IMG/VR virus record: IMGVR_UViG_3300027793_000052 | Coordinates: 248,001-312,000 of that record | Direction: 5' to 3' (one strand) | Length of the DNA stretch: 64,000 bases | In this document: positions 58,007 through 64,000 of the stretch, one piece after another | Layout: every line of letters starts with the position of its first letter | How positions within the stretch are numbered: position 1 is the first letter of the stretch | Notes under the pieces: model-generated | What the model was told of the DNA's origin: nothing | Databases searched by the model: none | What the model saw: only the letters and a program-made list of their open reading frames with translations | Made by a program: the position numbers and the translations under genes

Positions 58007-58552
58007 ATGAAGAAAAAAGACGATATCAGAGACCTTTTAGGTAAGATTAGAAAATTACAAAATGAAAATCACCAAATCACAACTTTAAATTCTGATGATA
58101 TTAGAAAAAGATTAGATGAGTCTAAATCACCTGTAAATAAATTAATTTTATTAAAAGAGGAAGAAGTACAAAACGTTACATCTGATGAACAAAGAGAAGA
58201 AGAAAATAAATTTAAAGATGTTGTGTCTAAATTGGTCAAGTTTGATGAAATTCAAGTTTATAGACAAAATGTAACTTGGGGTGGTTTTTTAGTTCGTGAA
58301 AAAATTAGATGGACATTTTCTCTAGACGAAAATAACGGTTGTTATATAAGTACGGAAAGTTTGGATATGCTACAACTAACAACTGAAGTTATTGAATTAC
58401 TTAAAAAACTTCGTGGTTATTATGAAGTATGGTCGGATGAATGGTCAAGTAGGCTAACAGGTTCACCTAAAGAAGGTGGAGAAGGGGAAGGTTCTGCAGC
58501 ACCAGAAGGTGGAGAAACTGCAGCTGAAACAACAGGTGGTTTTGGTGTTTAA
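58007..58552 (+). CDS. Hypothetical protein
   Basis: 181-aa ORF in the late cluster. Confidence 0.65.
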   Translation: MKKKDDIRDLLGKIRKLQNENHQITTLNSDDIRKRLDESKSPVNKLILLKEEEVQNVTSDEQREEENKFKDVVSKLVKFDEIQVYRQNVTWGGFLVREKIRWTFSLDENNGCYISTESLDMLQLTTEVIELLKKLRGYYEVWSDEWSSRLTGSPKEGGEGEGSAAPEGGETAAETTGGFGV

Positions 58553-59349
58553 TGGAAAAGAAAGATAAATTTTATGTGGTGTTAATGGCTATTATGATAT
58601 TGGTCATTTTATTTTTAAGTTGGCGTATCGGTAATTTAAAAGTTGGTAATTCTGATGGTATTGATGAACTTAGAAAAACCATAATACAAAACGATTCACT
58701 AACTAAAATAAAAGAAGGTCAGTATACTAAATTAGTTGATTATTATAATTCAGAAAAAGAATTAAAAGAAGAACTTAAAAAATCTAATCGAGATTTATAT
58801 AACACATTAAAAAAACAAGATGAAAAAATATTAAGTTTAACTAAAGTTGTTATTTCATTAAAAGATACTGTTGTACAAGGTTTTGGTAAATTTAATCCCA
58901 ATGACACAAATTTAATTGATTTAAATTTAAAATATCCAGTAAGTGATGAAAAACCTTTTATATTTTGGAATGGTTTTGTTAATAAAAAAACAGCCTTTTA
59001 TAAGGGTAATTGGGAGTTTAATACCTTACCAATTCAAATTGTATTGACAGAAGAAAAAAGAGGTTTGTGGAAAACAAATGTTGTTGGACCAAAATGGTTT
59101 AAATTGGATTCCCTAACAATTAAAAGTTTACCACCAGAAGATTTCCCCCAAAAAATAGAAAGAAATATTCAGTTTTTATTAGGTGGAATGTATAATTCAA
59201 ATATTGTACCAATGGTACCTAGAGCTATTGGATTTGGTGGTGGTGTTAGTTTTAAGAATCAACATAATTTAATTATGAACGTAAATTCTGACCAATCATT
59301 TAGTTTAGGTTATTATTATAAATTTAAAACATTCAAAAAGAATAAGTAG
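58552..59349 (+). CDS. N-terminally membrane-anchored protein with coiled coil
   Basis: TM segment FYVVLMAIMILVILFLSW, then a coiled coil and a beta-rich C-terminus. Confidence 0.65.
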   Translation: MEKKDKFYVVLMAIMILVILFLSWRIGNLKVGNSDGIDELRKTIIQNDSLTKIKEGQYTKLVDYYNSEKELKEELKKSNRDLYNTLKKQDEKILSLTKVVISLKDTVVQGFGKFNPNDTNLIDLNLKYPVSDEKPFIFWNGFVNKKTAFYKGNWEFNTLPIQIVLTEEKRGLWKTNVVGPKWFKLDSLTIKSLPPEDFPQKIERNIQFLLGGMYNSNIVPMVPRAIGFGGGVSFKNQHNLIMNVNSDQSFSLGYYYKFKTFKKNK

Positions 59350-59350
59350 T

Positions 59351-59665
59351 ATGAGTCAACAAATTAATAGATTATTAGAAGAAATAAAAGAAAATAATGA
59401 CAAAAAAGTTATTTTATATACAATGTCACATTGTCCTGCGTGTAAAGAATTGAAAGAAAAATTAGATCACGTTGGTATCTACTATGAAAATGTTGAAATG
59501 GAAGGTAATGACAAAGTATGGTCGGAAATTAAATCTGAAGGTGGTGCTGACTATGTACCACAAGTTAGAGTTTCAAGTAAACTTATACACGAATTTGATG
59601 AAATTAATGATTTAATCGGTATGGTAATTAGTGAAATGATTGGCCGTAAAATTATTATAAAATAA
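59351..59665 (+). CDS. Glutaredoxin-like protein
   Basis: LYTMSHCPACKELKEKL...YVPQV motifs. Confidence 0.8.
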   Translation: MSQQINRLLEEIKENNDKKVILYTMSHCPACKELKEKLDHVGIYYENVEMEGNDKVWSEIKSEGGADYVPQVRVSSKLIHEFDEINDLIGMVISEMIGRKIIIK

Positions 59666-59675
59666 TTTTTAAGAT

Positions 59676-59702
59676 AAAACCACCATGTTAGGTGGTTTTT
59701 TT
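59676..59702 (+). terminator. Rho-independent terminator
   Basis: AAAACCACC-ATGTTA-GGTGGTTTT plus T run. Confidence 0.82.
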
Positions 59703-59713
59703 ATGCTCTTTTG

Positions 59714-59722
59714 ATATTTATA
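59714..59722 (+). promoter_or_regulatory. ATATTTATA candidate late-promoter motif
   Basis: Just after the terminator, 45 nt before the ATG at 59768. Confidence 0.55.
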
Positions 59723-59767
59723 GAAAAATGTATTTGTACAAATAACAATAAATTAAAAAATTAAAAA

Positions 59768-59929
59768 ATGGCTAAAAAAGTATTACGTTACACAGAAGAA
59801 CAGTTTATAACACTTCTTGAAAACATTGTAAAAAAAGTTAAAGCTGAAGAAACTTTAAACGAATCAGTAGATCCTAACAGAAATGCCAGAAGACAAAATT
59901 TAAACGAAAGATTTAAAAAACTAAAATAA
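59768..59929 (+). CDS. Small protein missed by the ORF track (53 aa)
   Basis: MAKKVLRYTEEQFITLLENIVKKVKAEETLNESVDPNRNARRQNLNERFKKLK*, with an A-rich leader; fills the gap exactly. Confidence 0.75.
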   Translation: MAKKVLRYTEEQFITLLENIVKKVKAEETLNESVDPNRNARRQNLNERFKKLK

Positions 59930-59933
59930 TCCA

Positions 59934-60218
59934 ATGAGTAATAATAATATAAAAAGGATTATTAAGGAGGAGTTAAACAAATCTGATGAGGCTAAAATTA
60001 AAAAAATAGCTAAGGATGAGTTTGACAAACTAATTGGTAAACATTTAAAAAGTGAAGATCTTGAAAAAAAGGTTAAAGAATTAGTTCTTAAACATATCAA
60101 GAAAGATAAACCAACACAAAAAGAAGTGGCTAATATCACCAAAGAAGTGTTAGTTAAACTATACAAAACACTTTGGACTAGGAATAATTTTTGGAGTAAC
60201 GGTTTAGAAAATATCTAA
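59934..60218 (+). CDS. Hypothetical helical protein
   Basis: 94-aa ORF, starting IKRIIKEEL. Confidence 0.65.
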   Translation: MSNNNIKRIIKEELNKSDEAKIKKIAKDEFDKLIGKHLKSEDLEKKVKELVLKHIKKDKPTQKEVANITKEVLVKLYKTLWTRNNFWSNGLENI

Positions 60219-62134
60219 TGGTACAAAAAGATCCAAACGCAAAAGAAGGAATGAGAGTTAGGGTTCTATCTATGGTAGATGACCCTAACCCAGTACTTGC
60301 AGGTACAGAAGGCACTATTGTTTTAATAGATGATATGGGTACATTACATGTTAAATGGGATGATGGTAGAAGATTAGGTTTAATACCTGGTATTGATAGG
60401 TATGTCTTAGAACCTGAAGAATTTTCTAATTTAATGGACGATGCTTTTAGTACAATAGATGAGGCAGATTCTGGTAAAAATGCCATAAATACATCTATAA
60501 ATCAAACCCCATCAAACATTAAAAAATCTATGCCAAGTATGCCAAGTTTGTCAAAAAGTAATGTTACCAAAAATTTTAAAACAGCTAACATTAAAGATGT
60601 TAAGGTTGAGTCTAATGAAATTAAAGGTGGTAAGGCCGATAAATTAAGTATTAAAGATTTGGCTAAAAAACATAAAGTTTCTATAGAAGATATTAAAAAA
60701 GAAATTAAGATTGGTGTAAAGATTGAGAAGGAACATGTTGGTAATGATGTTAACAAGGCTAAAGAAATAGCTATGGATCATATATCAGAGTTCTCAGACT
60801 ATTACTCCAACAAAAGATATGGTGTGTTAGCATCGGAAAAAGGTCTTAAAAAATCTAAAAAGAAAAAGGTTAATGAAAATCATGAACCATTGTATTTGTT
60901 AGACGCAATGACCGCTTGGATGGCGTACAGAGGTTATAAAGAATATGGGCTCAAGGGGATGATTAAAAATCTCGGAAATAACCTAAAAGAAATCATGAAA
61001 GACTTTATTGAATATTCAACAACTGTTTATGGTACACCAGTAACTAAAGATATGACAGAGTATCAATTTAAAGAGTTATTAAAAAAATTTAAATCGGATA
61101 AAACTGATTATATGACATCGACTGCTGGAGGTGTATCCACAGGGGCTTATACTGGTAATGCTTGGGGTTCAGGACCTTTAACCAAAAGTAAATCAGTTGC
61201 CAAACCTGGCCCATTAAAAGAAATGACATATACACCCGACGATGATATTAGTGATACTAGTGCTGAAGCTTGGGCTGATAAAAATAAAGATGGATGGAAG
61301 TGGAATGATACCCCTTTATGGGAAGAAGGTGAAATTATCGATCCTTTGGCTAAGATAAAAACATCATGGGATGATGACAATTTGGACATCTCCAAAGATT
61401 GGGATAAAGTTCAAAAGAAAAAAAATCTTAAAAAAGAAGATGTATTAAAGATGGTCGGTATGAGACTTATAGAATCTAAATATAAAATTGTTAATGATAA
61501 GAGTTTAGATAGTATTAAAGATAATTTTAAACCACCAAGAACAGAAGATGAGGAAGAACCAATAGAAGAGACAACAACATTTGGTTCTGTTTGGGGACCT
61601 AATGGACCTCCTGTTGGGCCGGCTTTCGCGGCAAAACAAGGTCAATGGAGAGCAGGAAAAAACCCAATATGGAAAGGTGGTAAAATAGTTCAAAAAGTTA
61701 ATAATTCTGGTGTTTTAAACCCTATTACTGAAAATAAAATAGAAGTAGGTGATATGGTAAAAATTAAAAAAGAATACGGTGGTGGTACGGGTGAAGTTGT
61801 TGACATTAAGAAATCATTTGTTGTTGTAAAAACAAAAGACGGTAATAAGTCATACCACATGTCTGATTTAATTACAGAAGCTAATAAGGTTAAATACAAT
61901 CCTGATGGTCAAATAGTACAGATAAAAAAGAAGTGTACCAAATACCCTTATTGTAGTCAAGGGGCTATAGACAAACCTTTAAAAATATCAAGTTCAGTTA
62001 GTCAACCAGGGACTTATGTAGAAACAGAGTTATCTAACGAGACAATAAAGAACATACATGAAATATCCAAACAAATTGGTAGACCTTTTATAGAGGTTTA
62101 TAATTTGGTTAAAGAAAAATTGGGTGATTATTAA
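60218..62134 (+). CDS. Modular protein: DUF4314-like + DUF5661-like + KOW/SH3-like segments
   Basis: GTEGTIVLIDDMGTLHVKWDDGRRLGLIPGID; IGVKIEKEH...EIAMDHISEFSDYY; IEVGDMVKIK..GGGTGEVVDI. Confidence 0.65.
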   Translation: MVQKDPNAKEGMRVRVLSMVDDPNPVLAGTEGTIVLIDDMGTLHVKWDDGRRLGLIPGIDRYVLEPEEFSNLMDDAFSTIDEADSGKNAINTSINQTPSNIKKSMPSMPSLSKSNVTKNFKTANIKDVKVESNEIKGGKADKLSIKDLAKKHKVSIEDIKKEIKIGVKIEKEHVGNDVNKAKEIAMDHISEFSDYYSNKRYGVLASEKGLKKSKKKKVNENHEPLYLLDAMTAWMAYRGYKEYGLKGMIKNLGNNLKEIMKDFIEYSTTVYGTPVTKDMTEYQFKELLKKFKSDKTDYMTSTAGGVSTGAYTGNAWGSGPLTKSKSVAKPGPLKEMTYTPDDDISDTSAEAWADKNKDGWKWNDTPLWEEGEIIDPLAKIKTSWDDDNLDISKDWDKVQKKKNLKKEDVLKMVGMRLIESKYKIVNDKSLDSIKDNFKPPRTEDEEEPIEETTTFGSVWGPNGPPVGPAFAAKQGQWRAGKNPIWKGGKIVQKVNNSGVLNPITENKIEVGDMVKIKKEYGGGTGEVVDIKKSFVVVKTKDGNKSYHMSDLITEANKVKYNPDGQIVQIKKKCTKYPYCSQGAIDKPLKISSSVSQPGTYVETELSNETIKNIHEISKQIGRPFIEVYNLVKEKLGDY

Positions 62135-62144
62135 CATAAATAGC

Positions 62145-62153
62145 ATATTTATA
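62145..62153 (+). promoter_or_regulatory. ATATTTATA candidate late-promoter motif
   Basis: 14 nt before the ATG at 62168. Confidence 0.55.
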
Positions 62154-62167
62154 ATAAAAACAAAAAC

Positions 62168-63124
62168 ATGTCAAATATTAATAAACTAATAAAGAAAGGT
62201 CTTAACAAATTATTGGAGACAAAAGGTTTTGAAGAAATGGAATTTGCTTTTGGTACTAAAAAAAATTCCGAATTATCACAAGAGGAAAAAAACCAATTTG
62301 GTCCCATGGGTAATTTAAAAGACCAAAAAGGTGGTAATATCACAACTCAAGAAGTTAATGGTTTAAAAGTGGTAAACAAAACCAATAAAACAAATGATAG
62401 TGACGCTCAAGCATATTATAAAGAAGTGGCTAAAAAAGTTAAAGACTATCAAACACCAAACGATAAAGAAAAGTTTGATGCACCTAAAGTAGATACTAAT
62501 ACAAATGTTGAAGATGAGAGACTTGAGATAACTGGTTATGATGTTGGTGTTTCTGGTTTAGAAGTTACAGCCGATTTAGCTGCTGAAAAAGGTGGTTCAG
62601 AAGGGGTTAAAGCCAAATATAAAGAAAGGATTAAATCTGATGATCCTACGGCAGAGAAAATGATGAAGAACGCTAAGAAAACAAATGATTTAAAATATAA
62701 AAAAGAAGCAAATAACACAAGACCTGTAAAGGCACAAAAATCACCACAACCAATGGGAGAAAATGTGGAATATAGAGGTGTTGATGCTAAGAACATCTTT
62801 AAAGCTAACGGTAAGTTAATATCAGAAGAACAAGTTTTAAAATTAGCAAATAAAGTACCATCTAGGATTAAAATAGATGAAACAACTTTTGCTATTACTG
62901 ACGGTGAAAACACGTATAGACTTATATGGGAAGGTGATGATAAAAACGGTGAGGCAATCATTACAAACCATAAAAACAGTACATTAGTAAAAGAAGATAT
63001 TGAAAAAATGAAGAAACTTTGGGGTTTTAAATCTAATAATTCTATATCCACTAAGAAAAACATTACCGAATCTGGTGAAGACGCATTTAAAAGAATGTTT
63101 AAAAAAATAAAAGAAGATAAATAA
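62168..63124 (+). CDS. Hypothetical charged protein (possible internal head protein)
   Basis: 318 aa, K/E-rich, with a late motif upstream. Confidence 0.65.
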   Translation: MSNINKLIKKGLNKLLETKGFEEMEFAFGTKKNSELSQEEKNQFGPMGNLKDQKGGNITTQEVNGLKVVNKTNKTNDSDAQAYYKEVAKKVKDYQTPNDKEKFDAPKVDTNTNVEDERLEITGYDVGVSGLEVTADLAAEKGGSEGVKAKYKERIKSDDPTAEKMMKNAKKTNDLKYKKEANNTRPVKAQKSPQPMGENVEYRGVDAKNIFKANGKLISEEQVLKLANKVPSRIKIDETTFAITDGENTYRLIWEGDDKNGEAIITNHKNSTLVKEDIEKMKKLWGFKSNNSISTKKNITESGEDAFKRMFKKIKEDK

Positions 63125-63132
63125 TAAAAATT

Positions 63133-63157
63133 AACCCCTCTTCGTGAGGGGTTTTTT
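63133..63157 (+). terminator. Rho-independent terminator (near-identical to 18540)
   Basis: AACCCCTC-TTCGT-GAGGGGTT followed by TTTT. Confidence 0.85.
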
Positions 63158-63167
63158 ATGCTTAACA

Positions 63168-63176
63168 ATATTTATA
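63168..63176 (+). promoter_or_regulatory. ATATTTATA candidate late-promoter motif
   Basis: After the terminator, 32 nt before the endolysin ATG. Confidence 0.55.
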
Positions 63177-63208
63177 TATAAAATAATAGATTTTAAAAAC
63201 AAAATTAT

Positions 63209-63751
63209 ATGAAACCAGGTTATATTTCAGAATACGTAACACTCAAAGAAGTTACTTATAGTGATACAGCAGCAAGAAAAGGTATTGATAACACACCTTC
63301 ACCAGAACAAATGAAACTAATTGAAGCCGCGGCCGTTAATGTTTTTGATAAATTAAGAGAGTGGGTTGGTGGCCCTATCAAAATCAACAGTGTGTTCCGT
63401 GGTGATAAATTAAATAAAGCTATAGGGGGTAGTAAAACATCACAGCATTGTGTTGGATTAGATCCTAAAACTTCTAGTTATGGGGCGGCTTTCGATGTGG
63501 ACGATGATTACTTCCAAAAAAAATTTACAACTAAAAACAACAATGACATGTTTCATTACATCAAGGATAAATTAGATTTCGATCAATTAATATGGGAATT
63601 CGGCAGTAAATCAAATCCTGATTGGGTTCATTTTAGTTATAGACCTGATGGTAAAAATAGAAAACAAGTTCTCATAGCTGTTAAGAAAGAAGGTAAAACA
63701 GTTTACTTACCATATAAAGGAAATGAAAATTTAACCGGCTCAATTAAATGA
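63209..63751 (+). CDS. Peptidase M15A-family (Peptidase_M15_3) endolysin
   Basis: PIKINSVFR..LNKAIGGSKTSQH, AAFD and FDQLIWEF...WVHFSY motifs. Confidence 0.85.
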   Translation: MKPGYISEYVTLKEVTYSDTAARKGIDNTPSPEQMKLIEAAAVNVFDKLREWVGGPIKINSVFRGDKLNKAIGGSKTSQHCVGLDPKTSSYGAAFDVDDDYFQKKFTTKNNNDMFHYIKDKLDFDQLIWEFGSKSNPDWVHFSYRPDGKNRKQVLIAVKKEGKTVYLPYKGNENLTGSIK

Positions 63752-63806
63752 TAAATCAATTTTAAAATCTATTTAATTTAAAAACTATTGGTTTATATTA
63801 TAAATT

Positions 63807-64000
63807 ATGAAAGGGAAAACACAGGCCATAGATTTTATAGAATACATTTCAAAACCTATGAATAAAGAAGATATTTCTTTAATGTATAAGATTAATAATA
63901 TAACCCCTGAGAGAACAGGTTTATATTTAGATTTTACACAAACAATATATCAAACCATAATTTCAACCTATTTGGGCGATGAAGTGATGGACAATAAATC
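63807..64000 (+). CDS. Hypothetical protein, 3'-truncated by the window edge
   Basis: ATG at 63807, open to the window end (MKGKTQAIDFIEYISKP...). Confidence 0.6.
   Translation, partial: MKGKTQAIDFIEYISKPMNKEDISLMYKINNITPERTGLYLDFTQTIYQTIISTYLGDEVMDNK

Noticed and set aside
62536-63168. 210-aa minus-strand ORF
   Set aside because: Antisense shadow of 62168..63124: S/F/L-rich composition typical of a reverse-read K/E-rich gene, no motif, and it runs through a terminator.
1-64000. Alternative genetic code (TAG/TGA recoding)
   Set aside because: Conserved genes are full length in code 11, and TAG (recA, 10701) and TGA (exonuclease, 12821) act as real stops.
1-64000. CRISPR array, tRNA or rRNA genes, group I/II introns
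   Set aside because: No repeat-spacer periodicity, intergenic gaps are short and explained by terminators or promoters, and core genes are uninterrupted except for the in-frame intein. A tRNAscan/Infernal run would be needed to be certain.

Overview
This is a very AT-rich, densely coded segment of a large T4-like (myovirus-type) phage, read in standard code 11 and almost entirely on the + strand. The host is probably in Bacteroidota: there is a SigA-type sigma factor without region 1.1, a perfect TTTG-N19-TAnnTTTG promoter, A-rich leaders without Shine-Dalgarno, and SprB-type repeats. Gene order: (i) a 5'-truncated baseplate-hub/M15B peptidase protein plus a lambda-type lysozyme; (ii) a replication block with gp32-like SSB, RecA/UvsX, a NUMOD3-TnsA endonuclease, 5'-3' exonuclease, DnaB-like helicase and class II RNR carrying a LAGLIDADG intein, followed by a GIY-YIG HEG; (iii) a ~23 kb baseplate/tail operon with Cys-rich, host-like repeat proteins; (iv) RuvC, primase, a PD-(D/E)XK nuclease and thioredoxin; (v) an accessory locus (44.6-49.0 kb); (vi) an oddly split SbcD/SbcC pair; (vii) the sigma factor; (viii) a late cluster with an ART-fold protein, amidase-like and M15A lysins, and probable internal head proteins. 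The accessory locus is the best candidate for an undescribed system. It holds a 19-codon Dam-methyltransferase remnant, the only intact minus-strand gene (a restriction-endonuclease-like protein), two DUF4338/DruA-like paralogs and a stand-alone terminase-type ATPase domain. Three promoter classes and a family of intrinsic terminators are visible. I found no tRNA, rRNA or CRISPR array. All family calls come from motif recognition by eye; no searches were run.
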